Virus record (IMG/VR): IMGVR_UViG_3300028534_000022
Span: 10,697-74,696 of that record
DNA: 64,000 nucleotides
Strand: one strand, 5' to 3'
Source: a virus
Part shown: piece after piece, positions 19,118 through 29,798 of the stretch
How positions within the stretch are numbered: position 1 is the first letter of the stretch
How the letters are laid out: each line of letters opens with the position of its first letter
Notes under the pieces: model-generated
Databases searched by the model: none
The model's input: only the letters and a program-made list of their open reading frames with translations
What the model was told of the DNA's origin: nothing
Position numbers and translations under genes: made by a program

Positions 19118-19206
19118 CCTATGACGGTTAATTAAATACAAGAAGGATAGAAGATGAAATTGGATGTTAAGCTTATGGATGTAAAGATATAGATGAAAAC
19201 GGAGTT

Positions 19207-19683
19207 ATGTTAACACATACACACATGGATAGATTAGTATATTTCGTAGATAAGAAAGATACACATATAGGAATCTACATTGAAGCTCAAGAGAAAAATA
19301 AAACCGTACCAGTTGTTATCGTGGCTAATAAACCAACTTACTCTTTTGTTGTAAGTGTTAAATCTTTAGTTGTTGAACTATATGAAGAGATACGTATAGA
19401 GTTATTTGGTAATGATATTAATGTAGATAATATCTTAAAAATCATTAATGAGCAAGAAGGTTATTATTCTAATCTTAAAAATATGCTGAAGCTTTATGAG
19501 GATGACATAAATAAATATAATGTAAGTAGAGAAGGAACATTAGAGTTCTTACAAACACTCTTTGAGAATACTAATAACATTGATCGTCATAATGATGATA
19601 GTGCATATAGTTTTATTCTTAAAATAATTAAGATGTTAGAAATTTTAGATTTACAGTATAGTGCTATTCGTAGATGTGTCTAA
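19207..19683 (+). CDS. Hypothetical protein
   Basis: RBS GGAG. Confidence 0.7.
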   Translation: MLTHTHMDRLVYFVDKKDTHIGIYIEAQEKNKTVPVVIVANKPTYSFVVSVKSLVVELYEEIRIELFGNDINVDNILKIINEQEGYYSNLKNMLKLYEDDINKYNVSREGTLEFLQTLFENTNNIDRHNDDSAYSFILKIIKMLEILDLQYSAIRRCV

Positions 19684-19692
19684 GGATAACAT

Positions 19693-20043
19693 ATGGGGCT
19701 TAATGAATCTAACGAAAAAATAGTAAGAAAAGATTTTATAGCAGTAGTTGTTCTTTATGATAAAGATAAAAATGAATTAATGTACAATTCAGTTTATTTT
19801 ATCGGTAACGGAGAATATTATCCGTCATATTCTGAAGACCACATAAGGTCATTATTGGAATCATTACAAGAACAAGCGGTTAGTACTTTTGGTAACTTGT
19901 ATCCTGTGGATATTGACACAGTTATTGATTTAGAAGGAAATGTGTTATGGACAGTAAAAGAAGAAGAGGAAGAAAATAAAAATGAAGAATCAAGCGATCC
20001 CTATACGAGAATACATGAGGTTCACTCCGAAAGAACTACTTGA
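19693..20043 (+). CDS. Hypothetical protein
   Basis: RBS AAGGA; 3' end overlaps the RNAP beta-prime start. Confidence 0.65.
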   Translation: MGLNESNEKIVRKDFIAVVVLYDKDKNELMYNSVYFIGNGEYYPSYSEDHIRSLLESLQEQAVSTFGNLYPVDIDTVIDLEGNVLWTVKEEEEENKNEESSDPYTRIHEVHSERTT

Positions 20044-21997
20044 TGTTTATCGTACTGATACTAAAGTAGTTTTTGAGGATAACGAAATTATCTTTATGAC
20101 ACATAAAGAAATTATTCATACTAGATATATTCTAGATTTACTTGTACCTTATCCTGAAGTTAAAATTACTTCTGGTTATGCGATTAGTAGATATTATACA
20201 AATGGTATCTTTACAAGCAAAACAATCAATAAGTGTTATGAGTTTATCTTACAGGATATTGTGGAAAATGTTTTTAAAGTAAAGAATGATTTTAGTCAAT
20301 TGAGTAATTTACAAAAACATATGTTTGATATATTGAATGTAATCTATAATGATATAGGTTGTGAACATATTAATTATAGTACGAGTACTAATATATTAGA
20401 CTATGTAGAGATACAATCTGATGAAAGATTATTGAGTGCTATTGATGTAGTTAGAGAAAAGAGAGATGTTGACTCTATCAATAATGCATATGATGTTTTA
20501 GATAATATTCTTACTAATGACCCTAACTATAAACATAACGCTATCGCTAAAGCTTATGTAGGCGGTATGGTTAACCCTAACCAAATTAAACAGTTATTAG
20601 GTCCGCGGGGATATGTTACAGAAATAGATGGTAGTCTTTTTAAATATCCTATTGCTAGTTCATTTACACTGGGATTAAGCAATATGTATGATATGGCAAT
20701 TGAATCTAGAAGTGGTGCAAAAGCATTATTCTTAAGTAATAAAGCAGTACAGGATAGTGAATATCTAGCAAGAGAACTACAACTTGTTACTATGGTCGTA
20801 CAACATTTAGAAATGACTGATTGTGGTAATAAAGAATATGTTTCTTGGTATGTAAGACCTGCTACTGATGAAAGTAAAGGTGACTTACACAATCTTGTAG
20901 GTAAACGTTATCTTGATGAAAATACTAATACTGAAAAGATTATCGGTAGTAACGACACACATCTTATTGGTACTAGTATTAAATTAAGAAGTGCTATTAA
21001 GTGTAAACTTAAAAATAGTAAACATATCTGTAGTGCTTGTTTTGGTGAATTATCTTATGGTATTCATGACCATAGTAATTTAGGACACTATTGTACATCA
21101 ACAGTTACACAGAAAATCACACAATCTATTCTTAGTACAAAACACTTGACTAGCTCGGCAACTACTAACAGTATTAAGTTAGAAGGAGATGCTGTTAAGT
21201 TCTTTACTATTAAAGAAAAGAATGGTATAGCGTTTAGAGCAAATGTACTAGGTAAGAAACAAAGTAAGATGTATATCATCATAACACAACAAGAAGCATT
21301 CGGTATTAAAGATATTGTTAACGTAAAAGATATACCTAAGATAGAAGCTACTCGTGTTAGTAGAATAGAATCTCTTAACATAGTAATAGAGACAAGAGCT
21401 GGTAGAGAGTCGTATATTATACCTATTAAAGATGGTGGTAAGTATGGTTCGTTTACACATAAGTTCTTAGAGTATATTGTTACTAACGGTTATAAGCTCG
21501 ATGATAATGATAGATATATTATCGATGTAAGTAACTGGACATATGCAGCACCTATTATCGTGATGCCTGAATTAGAGTTTAGTTTCTTAGAACTTGCTAA
21601 AAATGTTAAAGCATTGCTTAAACGCATTAAAATAAGTAAGGGAACTAAATCAGTTGAAACTCCTGAGACTATGTTACAAAAACTATTCGATATGTTAAAT
21701 AGTAAACTAGATATTAATATTGCTCTTTTAGAAGTAATGATATATGCATTTACTATTAAATCTTATGAGACTAAAAACTTCGAATTAGCTAGAGGTGTAA
21801 GAGAACAAGAGATTGTTGGTATTACCGACATCATGCCTAATAGAAGTTTAGGTGGTTTATATGCTTGGGAATATGTTGTTAAGAGTATTACTAACTCTTC
21901 ATCGTTTAGAAAATTCCACAGAGTAAATCATCCATTAGACGTCATGGTTAAACCGAATGAGGTATTAGCTGAAGAAGTTTATAAGAAGGGACAATAG
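19982..21997 (+). CDS. rpoC: RNA polymerase beta-prime C-terminal subunit (phiKZ gp74-like)
   Basis: QLLGPRG..PIASSFTLGL; bridge-helix-like ESRSGAKAL..SEYLARELQL; TDCG; RSAIKC...ICSACFG Zn site; trigger-loop-like TQSILSTKH; followed by an SF2 helicase as in phiKZ gp74-gp75. Confidence 0.88.
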   Translation: MKNQAIPIREYMRFTPKELLDVYRTDTKVVFEDNEIIFMTHKEIIHTRYILDLLVPYPEVKITSGYAISRYYTNGIFTSKTINKCYEFILQDIVENVFKVKNDFSQLSNLQKHMFDILNVIYNDIGCEHINYSTSTNILDYVEIQSDERLLSAIDVVREKRDVDSINNAYDVLDNILTNDPNYKHNAIAKAYVGGMVNPNQIKQLLGPRGYVTEIDGSLFKYPIASSFTLGLSNMYDMAIESRSGAKALFLSNKAVQDSEYLARELQLVTMVVQHLEMTDCGNKEYVSWYVRPATDESKGDLHNLVGKRYLDENTNTEKIIGSNDTHLIGTSIKLRSAIKCKLKNSKHICSACFGELSYGIHDHSNLGHYCTSTVTQKITQSILSTKHLTSSATTNSIKLEGDAVKFFTIKEKNGIAFRANVLGKKQSKMYIIITQQEAFGIKDIVNVKDIPKIEATRVSRIESLNIVIETRAGRESYIIPIKDGGKYGSFTHKFLEYIVTNGYKLDDNDRYIIDVSNWTYAAPIIVMPELEFSFLELAKNVKALLKRIKISKGTKSVETPETMLQKLFDMLNSKLDINIALLEVMIYAFTIKSYETKNFELARGVREQEIVGITDIMPNRSLGGLYAWEYVVKSITNSSSFRKFHRVNHPLDVMVKPNEVLAEEVYKKGQ

Positions 21998-22022
21998 TCC
22001 TTTCTTTTTTTAAAGGAAAAAT

Positions 22023-23558
22023 ATGAACGATAAAATTACTATCATAGTTAGGAGGCTTAACTATGTAGTTAAACTACCTAGTATGCAATATAAGTATCTT
22101 ATAGAGACTATGTTAGTTAGGTTATCTACATATAGTTTTAAGTGGGACTACAAAAAGAAACGTAATGTACGGTTACGTGATAAAATATTTGCTACTGAAG
22201 ATAACATGAGAATGGAGTATAGATTTAATATCAATACTCTTAAGAACTTTATGTTATTATTAGGTAATAACTATATCAGTAAAGACAAACTCAACATTGT
22301 TTTCGAAAAAGAGTGTTATCCTGCTAAGTTAAATTGTGATTTAGCAGAACATATTACTACCAGAGATTATCAAAATGATTATATCGATTTACTCTTAAAG
22401 GGTAAAGATACTAAACCATATATGTTAGTAGACCTTTTTACTGGTTATGGTAAAACAACATTGTCTATGGCTGCTATCACAACTATTAAACAACGTACTA
22501 TGATATTGGTATTACCTAAATATATTGATAAATGGATATCTGATGTTAAAGCTAACACTACAGTAAAAGATAAAGATATTTATGTTGTTAAAGGTGGTGA
22601 CAGTTTAAATAAACTAATATTAGCAATAGAACAAGGAGCTACCTATGATTTTATTATTGTAGGTATTAGAACTATATATAACTATATTAAGTCTTATGAA
22701 ACTAGATTATACGATAGTGAATTTAGTTATGAAAGAACTCCTGATGAACTTATGGAAGCTTTAGGTGTTGGTGTTATTCTTAATGATGAAACACACCAAG
22801 AGTTTCATGCTGTTTATAAATGTTGTCTCTATTTTAACCCATGTAGGTTTATTGGCTTATCGGCTACACTAGATAACAACGATAAAAATCTAGTTAGAAT
22901 GTATGACACTATGTTCCCTAAAGATTGTCGTATATCTGGATTAGTGGAATATAAGCACTATGTTGAATCTTATAATATAGCATACAGAATACGTAATACT
23001 AAACGTATACAGTATCAAAGACAACAAGGCTATAACCATACATTATTAGAAGCAAGTATTATGCGTAATAGTGTATTATTAAAAGACTATGTTAATATGA
23101 TAACTTACTATGTTAAAGAGGGTTATTATAAAAGAAGAGAAGAAGGAGACAAAGCATTAATATTTGTTGCTAGTGTTAAGTTTGCTACTCTCTTGAAACA
23201 ACATATGGAAGTAATTTTTGAAGATATAGATGTTAGAAGATATGTTGAAGATGATCCTTATGAAAATCTTATGGATGGCGATCTAATAATTTCTACCCCC
23301 AATTCTGCTGGTGTGGCAGTGGATATTCCTGGACTTATTAGTGTATATCAAACAGTTGCTATTAAATCATTACAAATGAATAAACAAACATTTGGTAGAT
23401 TACGTAACTTAAAAGGTAAAGAGATGAGATACTATTCTTTTTATTGTAAAGATATACCTAAACATAAAGATATGATTCGAGTTCGTAAAGAAATATTATT
23501 ACCTTTTAGTAAACATTGGTATGAAGATGAGTATAGTAAAACATTAGAAGTAGTATAG
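22023..23558 (+). CDS. Superfamily 2 DEAH-type helicase (phiKZ gp75-like)
   Basis: Motif I LFTGYGKT, II DETH, III SATL, V STPNSAGVAVDIPGL, VI QTFGRLR. Confidence 0.88.
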   Translation: MNDKITIIVRRLNYVVKLPSMQYKYLIETMLVRLSTYSFKWDYKKKRNVRLRDKIFATEDNMRMEYRFNINTLKNFMLLLGNNYISKDKLNIVFEKECYPAKLNCDLAEHITTRDYQNDYIDLLLKGKDTKPYMLVDLFTGYGKTTLSMAAITTIKQRTMILVLPKYIDKWISDVKANTTVKDKDIYVVKGGDSLNKLILAIEQGATYDFIIVGIRTIYNYIKSYETRLYDSEFSYERTPDELMEALGVGVILNDETHQEFHAVYKCCLYFNPCRFIGLSATLDNNDKNLVRMYDTMFPKDCRISGLVEYKHYVESYNIAYRIRNTKRIQYQRQQGYNHTLLEASIMRNSVLLKDYVNMITYYVKEGYYKRREEGDKALIFVASVKFATLLKQHMEVIFEDIDVRRYVEDDPYENLMDGDLIISTPNSAGVAVDIPGLISVYQTVAIKSLQMNKQTFGRLRNLKGKEMRYYSFYCKDIPKHKDMIRVRKEILLPFSKHWYEDEYSKTLEVV

Positions 23559-23676
23559 TCTCAACGACTATGCTGCTATTTTTTCTTTTTTTCTTTTTCA
23601 GTGATGGTTAGGAAACTAATCTAACTAGACATGTGCACATTTCTAGAAAAAATAAATAAACAAATAAGGATTTTAA

Positions 23677-24315
23677 ATGGCTGGTATGGTAAGAATAACT
23701 AGCACAGGTGAAATTATTATTGGTACTAAAACATTAGTTATCGATAATTTAGTTTTTAAAGCACCTGATGACATAGTTGATATAGATGGTAGTTCGGTAC
23801 TTAATAGAGCTGGCATTGTTAGCTTAACTGATTTTAATACGCTAACAGATAAGGTTACGCTTAATGAAGAAACTATTCCGCTAAAAGCAGATAAAAGTTA
23901 TGTAGATGGAATACTGTTAAATAAAGCAGATATTTCTGAAGTAATCTTAAAAAGTGACTTAAGTACAATACAAACAGAAACACCAATTATTAGCGGGTCT
24001 ACTAGTGTTAATGAATTTAGTACAGTTAATTATACTATAGATAATTATAATAGTACTTTTATTTATTTAATAACATGTGATAATGGTGAAGTTACACTAA
24101 ACAACGATGGAACATTTGATGTAACATTTGGTGAAGTAATTAGTGATGCTATAGCTACCATTGAAGCAAAAGCTATTGAACCAGGTATGTTGACGAGTAA
24201 TGCAGTAACATTGAATGTTAATGTAATCAATATTCCGTTAGTAGATGACCAAGTATTAATTAATCCTGACTTTACGACATATGTTGGTAGTAGTTCGGGA
24301 TTTGTAACAATTTAA
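23677..24315 (+). CDS. Putative virion/fibre adaptor with C-terminal Ig-like domain (paralog of 29006..29641)
   Basis: Shares PIISGxTSxxExxTVxxTIDN...G..S...D..LIN with 29006..29641; precedes an FG-GAP protein. Confidence 0.6.
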   Translation: MAGMVRITSTGEIIIGTKTLVIDNLVFKAPDDIVDIDGSSVLNRAGIVSLTDFNTLTDKVTLNEETIPLKADKSYVDGILLNKADISEVILKSDLSTIQTETPIISGSTSVNEFSTVNYTIDNYNSTFIYLITCDNGEVTLNNDGTFDVTFGEVISDAIATIEAKAIEPGMLTSNAVTLNVNVINIPLVDDQVLINPDFTTYVGSSSGFVTI

Positions 24316-24326
24316 GGAGATATTAG

Positions 24327-27300
24327 ATGTTAAAAAGTATAAAAAAATATTCTGAATTTACAGAAACAATAACTACACAAGAAGAAATTGATAGTGATTG
24401 GGGACTAGTAGCAAGTACTAATCTAACAGTGAAAAGTGAAGAAGTTATATTAGATAATAACGCAACAACAAATACTTCTTTAGTAACATTAGATCCGTAT
24501 GGAATAAATAAATATACGGATATATCAGTAATCTCTGATACGGGCGTTTCGGAAATAAATATTGCAGACAGTGTTATTGGTAATTTTAATTCTGTTAAAA
24601 GTAATACTATGACTGCTAGTGATGCTCAAGATAACAGTAGTTATGGTCGTAATGTTACATTAACTAGTGACGGATTAGTAATGGTTGTAGGAGCATTTAC
24701 TTATGACACAACAGCAGGTACAGATGCAGGTAAAGTATACACATATAAGAGAGCTACTATAGATGATACATGGACTGAAGTTAACCAATTAACAGCTAGT
24801 GATGCTGCTGATAGTGATCGTTTTGGACACAGTGTAGCTCTATCTAGTGATGGTCTAATATTGGTAGTAGGTACACATACAGCAGATACAGCAGGTACAG
24901 ATGCAGGTAAAGTATACACATATAAGAGAGCTACTATAGATGATGCTTGGGTAGAAGTTAACCAGTTGACAGCTAGTGATGCACAAAATTATGATTATTT
25001 TGGTATCTCTGTTGCTATATCTGATGATGGTTTAATATTGGTAGTAGGTGCACCTGGTGAAGATACTGCTGTAAATTATGGAGGTAAAGTCTATACATAT
25101 AAAAGAGCTACTGTAAATGACACATGGACTGAAGTTAACCAACTAACAGCTAGTGATGCTGCTGATAGTGATGAATTTGGATTTTCAGTATCTGTAAATT
25201 CAGAGGGATTAATACTGTTAGTTGGTGCGTGGCGTAAAGATGGAACATATCTAAATGAAGGTAAAGTCTACACATATAAAAGAGCTACTATAGATGATGC
25301 TTGGACTGAAGTTAACCAGATAACTCCTTCAAATGTTGCTGCTGACGATTATCGTTTTGGGGTAGCAGCAAGTATTTCTGATAATGGATTATTGGCAATA
25401 ATTTCCAATTATACGGTTAATGTTAATACTGCTACACCTAGCACAGTAACATTATATAAAAGAGCTACTATAGATGATGTATGGACAGAAATAACAGTGT
25501 TACAAAATGATACTGGTAGCGCTAGTTTCGGAGTAACATTATCTTTAGCATATGGTTCAAAAATACTGGCATTAGGTGATCAACTTATAAATAATGGTCA
25601 AGGTGAGGTATATATGTATAAAATAGGATATCAATTTACAAAAGATATTACCTCTTTAAATTTAACCACAGCACCTACTAAAGCTTTTGTTAAAAAAGAT
25701 GTTAACCTATATATTGATTTAGAAGCTAATAAAAATGAGGTAGTTAATAATTCAAATACTTTTTATTTAAATATTAAAGATACTACTGCTACTGACGGTA
25801 CTAATATTATTACTGATTATGATGAAAGATTATTACCTGGAACTACATTAACTATCGATACTGTAAAAAATAATATTGTTGGTATTACTGGTGGTGAAGT
25901 TGATTTAACACAAATAATAGAAGTTAACCAGTTAACAGCTAGTGATGCTGCTGATAGTGATTATTTTGGTATATCTGTAGCATTATCTTCAGATGGGTTA
26001 GTATTAACAGTAGGTGCTAGAGCGGAAGATACAGCAGGTACCGATGCTGGTAAAGTATACACATATAAAAGAGCTACTATAGATGATACATGGGTAGAAG
26101 TTAACCAGTTAACAGCTAGTGATGCTGCTGATAGTGATTATTTTGGTAGTGGCGTCGCTCTATCTAGTGATGGTCTAATATTGGTAGTAGGTGCACATGC
26201 AGCAGATACAGCAGCTACTGATGCAGGTAAAGTCTATACATATAAAAGAGCTACTATAGATGATACATGGGTAGAAGTTAACCAGTTAACAGCTAGTGAT
26301 GCTGCTGATAGTGATTATTTTGGTAGTGGCGTCGCTCTATCTAGTGATGGGTTAGTATTAGTTGTAGGTGCGGCTAGTGAAGATACTGCTGATACAGATG
26401 CTGGTAAAGTCTACACATATAAAAGAGCTACTATAGATGATGCTTGGACTGAAGTTAACCAACTTACAGCTAGTGATGCTGCAGCTAGTGATCATTTTGG
26501 CTTTAGCGTAGCTCTATCAGGAGATGGTCTAGTAGCTATGGTAGGTGCTTATACTGAAGATACAGCAGGTACCGATGCTGGTAAAGTCTATACGTATACA
26601 AGAGCTACTATAGATGATGTATGGACTGAAGTTAACCAACTAACAGCTAGTGATGCTGCTGATAGTGATCAATTTGGTATATCTGTAGCGCTATCTAGTG
26701 ATGGTCTAGTGTTAGTTGTAAGTGCTTATGCTGAAGATACAGCAGCTAGTGATGCTGGTAAGGTATATGTCTATAAAAGAGCTACGATAGATGATGCTTG
26801 GACTGAAGTTAACCAACTAACAGCTAGTGATGCTCAAGATAGTGATTTATACGGTAGAAGTGTTGGTCTATCTGGTAATGGACTAGTATTAGTAGTAGGT
26901 GCTTATACTGAAGATACCGCAGCTAGTGATGCAGGTAAAGTATACACATATAAACATAATCGTAATGATTTAATATTAGATATTACTAACCACGGTTTAA
27001 CTTCTAAACCAACAAAAGCTTATTTAGAAGGCGGAGAATATACTAAATCGTTTAATAGCGTAATCACAAGTAACACACAAACAGTATTCTTTTCAAAACC
27101 AACAGTTAATCTTAATGATAAAATCTATTTAGATTATATAGAAGTAAATGTAGATAGTGTAGAAAATAGTTTGGTTTCCGATTTAACGCAAATAACAGAA
27201 GTTAACCAGTTAACAGCTAGTGATGCTACTGCTAATGATTATTTTGGCGTAAGTGTGTATTTATCAGGAGATGGGTTAGTATTAATAGTAGGCGCATATG

Positions 27301-28484
27301 GTTCTGATACAGCAGCTACTGATGCAGGTAAAGTCTATACATATAAAAGAGCTACTATAGATGATACATGGGTAGAAGTTAACCAGTTAACAGCTAGTGA
27401 TGCACAAGCTAGTGATTATTTTGGTAGTGGCGTCGCTCTATCTAGTGATGGGTTAGTATTAATAGTGGGTGCGATATATGAAGATACTGCTGATACAGAT
27501 GCTGGTAAAGTCTATACATATACAAGAGCTACTATAGATGATGCTTGGACTGAAGTTAACCAACTAACAGCTAGTGATGCTGCTGCTAATGATCAATTTG
27601 GTATATCTGTAGCATTATCTTCAGATGGGTTAGTATTAACAGTAGGTGCTAGAGCGGAAGATACAGCAGGTACTGATGCAGGTAAAGTCTATACATATAA
27701 AAGAGCTACTATAGATGATACATGGGTAGAAGTTAACCAGTTAACAGCTAGTGATGCTGCTGCTAATGATCAATTTGGACAGTCTCTTGATCTATCTAGT
27801 GATGGTTTAAATATGGTAGTAGGTGCATATTTACAAGATACAGCAGGTACAGATGCTGGTAAAGTCTATACATATAAAAGAGCTACTATAGATGATGCTT
27901 GGACTGAAGTTAACCAGTTAACAGCTAGTGATGCTGCTGCTAGTGATCAATTTGGTGTAAGTGTTTCTATAAATACAGATGGTACTGTGTTAGTAGTCGG
28001 CGCATATAGCGTTGATAACTTAGATGCTGATACAGGTAAAGTATATTTATATCAAAGAGTTACGATTAACGATGCTTGGACAGAAGTTAACCAATTAACA
28101 GCTAGCGATGCAGTTGCTAGTGATAATTTTGGTATAGATGTCGCAATCTCATCTGACGGAAAAACATTGGTAGTAGGTGCTCATTGTTCCGATACTGCAG
28201 CTACTGATGCTGGTAAAGTATATGCTTATAAATTAGGTACTATTACAAGAAATATAGTTACACATGTAGATATCGGAAAACAACCAAAAACCATTATTGT
28301 ACCTAATAGAGGAGTATTAGTGGATCTGAATTATAAATCTTATGATTCAGTTAGTAACGGGTTAAAATATACTTTTAATGATTACTACAAACAAGGTAGA
28401 GCTATTTCTCGCAAACTAACAGCTATTGAACCAGATACATATCTAGTAGAACCATTAACATCTACACTACAAAAAGTACAATAG
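24327..28484 (+). CDS. Large FG-GAP (integrin-alpha-like) repeat protein, three blocks of six repeats; putative receptor-binding protein
   Basis: 18 copies of a ~58-aa unit EVNQLTASDAxxxDxFGxSVALSSDGLVLxVGAxxEDTAxTDAGKVYTYKRATIDDxW. Confidence 0.8.
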   Translation: MLKSIKKYSEFTETITTQEEIDSDWGLVASTNLTVKSEEVILDNNATTNTSLVTLDPYGINKYTDISVISDTGVSEINIADSVIGNFNSVKSNTMTASDAQDNSSYGRNVTLTSDGLVMVVGAFTYDTTAGTDAGKVYTYKRATIDDTWTEVNQLTASDAADSDRFGHSVALSSDGLILVVGTHTADTAGTDAGKVYTYKRATIDDAWVEVNQLTASDAQNYDYFGISVAISDDGLILVVGAPGEDTAVNYGGKVYTYKRATVNDTWTEVNQLTASDAADSDEFGFSVSVNSEGLILLVGAWRKDGTYLNEGKVYTYKRATIDDAWTEVNQITPSNVAADDYRFGVAASISDNGLLAIISNYTVNVNTATPSTVTLYKRATIDDVWTEITVLQNDTGSASFGVTLSLAYGSKILALGDQLINNGQGEVYMYKIGYQFTKDITSLNLTTAPTKAFVKKDVNLYIDLEANKNEVVNNSNTFYLNIKDTTATDGTNIITDYDERLLPGTTLTIDTVKNNIVGITGGEVDLTQIIEVNQLTASDAADSDYFGISVALSSDGLVLTVGARAEDTAGTDAGKVYTYKRATIDDTWVEVNQLTASDAADSDYFGSGVALSSDGLILVVGAHAADTAATDAGKVYTYKRATIDDTWVEVNQLTASDAADSDYFGSGVALSSDGLVLVVGAASEDTADTDAGKVYTYKRATIDDAWTEVNQLTASDAAASDHFGFSVALSGDGLVAMVGAYTEDTAGTDAGKVYTYTRATIDDVWTEVNQLTASDAADSDQFGISVALSSDGLVLVVSAYAEDTAASDAGKVYVYKRATIDDAWTEVNQLTASDAQDSDLYGRSVGLSGNGLVLVVGAYTEDTAASDAGKVYTYKHNRNDLILDITNHGLTSKPTKAYLEGGEYTKSFNSVITSNTQTVFFSKPTVNLNDKIYLDYIEVNVDSVENSLVSDLTQITEVNQLTASDATANDYFGVSVYLSGDGLVLIVGAYGSDTAATDAGKVYTYKRATIDDTWVEVNQLTASDAQASDYFGSGVALSSDGLVLIVGAIYEDTADTDAGKVYTYTRATIDDAWTEVNQLTASDAAANDQFGISVALSSDGLVLTVGARAEDTAGTDAGKVYTYKRATIDDTWVEVNQLTASDAAANDQFGQSLDLSSDGLNMVVGAYLQDTAGTDAGKVYTYKRATIDDAWTEVNQLTASDAAASDQFGVSVSINTDGTVLVVGAYSVDNLDADTGKVYLYQRVTINDAWTEVNQLTASDAVASDNFGIDVAISSDGKTLVVGAHCSDTAATDAGKVYAYKLGTITRNIVTHVDIGKQPKTIIVPNRGVLVDLNYKSYDSVSNGLKYTFNDYYKQGRAISRKLTAIEPDTYLVEPLTSTLQKVQ
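24600..28240 (+). repeat. ~174-bp coding tandem repeats in 3 blocks (approximate bounds)
   Basis: Recurring GAAGTTAACCA(A/G)(T/C)TAACAGCTAGTGATGC and GGTAAAGT(A/C)TA(T/C)AC(A/T)TATAA(A/G)AGAGCTACTATAGATGA. Confidence 0.85.
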
Positions 28485-28533
28485 TTATAAGGTAATCCCT
28501 ATAACTTAGATTTAATATATAAGGAAATTCATT

Positions 28534-28923
28534 ATGGTAAAATATGAAATAATTAATAAACAAAAAGGCATGCTTGTTACTAAAGCAGTTAAAGCTGTTA
28601 TGGACGATACTCCTAAAACAGATAAAAAATATCGAGTTAGAAAAGAGATCAATGAGAAAGTATTTGATTTAGATGATTCAGTTGCTGATAATTCTAAAAT
28701 GATTTCATTACTCACAACAGTACTTTCACGTATCTACGACGTATTACCAGATACTGAAAAAGATAATCTTAATGCTGATGACAGAGCAATGATCGAATAT
28801 ATGTTTTCTAAGTTTAAAACTACTAACACTAGAGCAGATGTACAGTTCGCTACTGAAGGTGTTAGTCTTATTGACAAATTACTCGATAGACAAGCAGATA
28901 TAGGAACTATAGTACAACAATAG
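28534..28923 (+). CDS. Hypothetical protein, possibly a fibre chaperone
   Basis: RBS AAGGAA; follows the FG-GAP gene. Confidence 0.6.
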   Translation: MVKYEIINKQKGMLVTKAVKAVMDDTPKTDKKYRVRKEINEKVFDLDDSVADNSKMISLLTTVLSRIYDVLPDTEKDNLNADDRAMIEYMFSKFKTTNTRADVQFATEGVSLIDKLLDRQADIGTIVQQ

Positions 28924-28942
28924 TACTATTTAGAAATACAAT

Positions 28943-28977
28943 GTCTATTACTCGCAACTATATAGCGAGTAATAGAC
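28943..28977 (+). terminator. Hairpin
   Basis: GTCTATTACTCGC-N9-GCGAGTAATAGAC. Confidence 0.55.
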
Positions 28978-29005
28978 TTATTATAAATGATTATGAGGAA
29001 TAATA

Positions 29006-29641
29006 ATGTATGAATTATATTTAACTACAAATAATGAACTTTATTCAAATCAAAAGTTTGTTGATGTGGACAATATACTACTTTATATAGACGGGGTGTT
29101 TTACGACCTTAACAATGTTGATGTTAGTAATAACATTGGTTTTGTACCCACTACAGCTTATACCGAATTAGTTGGTCGTGTAGATAATAATACTTTATTG
29201 TTAGCACAAAAGATAGATACTATAGAATTTGATCAACTAGCTTCTCTTAAAGCTAACTTAGAAGATATTGTCACTGCTGACTATTTGAACGAATTAATGA
29301 CTCCTAAACCTATTATTAGTGGTCCTACTAGTATTGTTGAGAAAACTACTGTAACATTAACTATTGATAATTTTGTATCTACACAAACTTATTATATTAG
29401 TACAGATTACGGTACATATACTTTTGATACTAGTAACGGAACTATAGAATTTACAGCTATAGGAACAGACTTAGATATCACTGCTAATATTAAAGTACAA
29501 ACTATTGAAGAAGGTAAACTACTTAGTTTTCCTACGTACTATAATTTCACGATAGAACCAGTACCATTTACTGCTGACCAATATCTTATTAATTCTGATT
29601 ACGAAACAAATGAAGAAGATAGTACAGGTATTGAATATTAA
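29006..29641 (+). CDS. Putative virion/fibre adaptor with Ig-like domain (paralog of 23677..24315)
   Basis: C-terminal half aligns with 23677..24315. Confidence 0.6.
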   Translation: MYELYLTTNNELYSNQKFVDVDNILLYIDGVFYDLNNVDVSNNIGFVPTTAYTELVGRVDNNTLLLAQKIDTIEFDQLASLKANLEDIVTADYLNELMTPKPIISGPTSIVEKTTVTLTIDNFVSTQTYYISTDYGTYTFDTSNGTIEFTAIGTDLDITANIKVQTIEEGKLLSFPTYYNFTIEPVPFTADQYLINSDYETNEEDSTGIEY

Positions 29642-29651
29642 AGGATATTTT

Positions 29652-29795
29652 ATGTTAGAATATATTGTTTCTCTCTATTACAAGATGCTAACATTTTTTA
29701 GTAAAAGAGAGAGTATAAATGAAAATGTTAATGATGAAAAAGTCATTAACGAAACAGATTGCCCTATGCATCTGTATCAAGAAGATAAGGATTAA
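29652..29795 (+). CDS. Small hypothetical protein (47 aa)
   Basis: ATG at 29652 with RBS AAGGA; fills the gap between adaptor and FG-GAP gene. Confidence 0.45.
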   Translation: MLEYIVSLYYKMLTFFSKRESINENVNDEKVINETDCPMHLYQEDKD

Positions 29796-29798
29796 TAC

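Noticed and set aside
19154-19192. 12-codon leader ORF MKLDVKLMDVKI with an RBS
   Set aside because: Too short to support without ribosome profiling; could be chance in AT-rich DNA.
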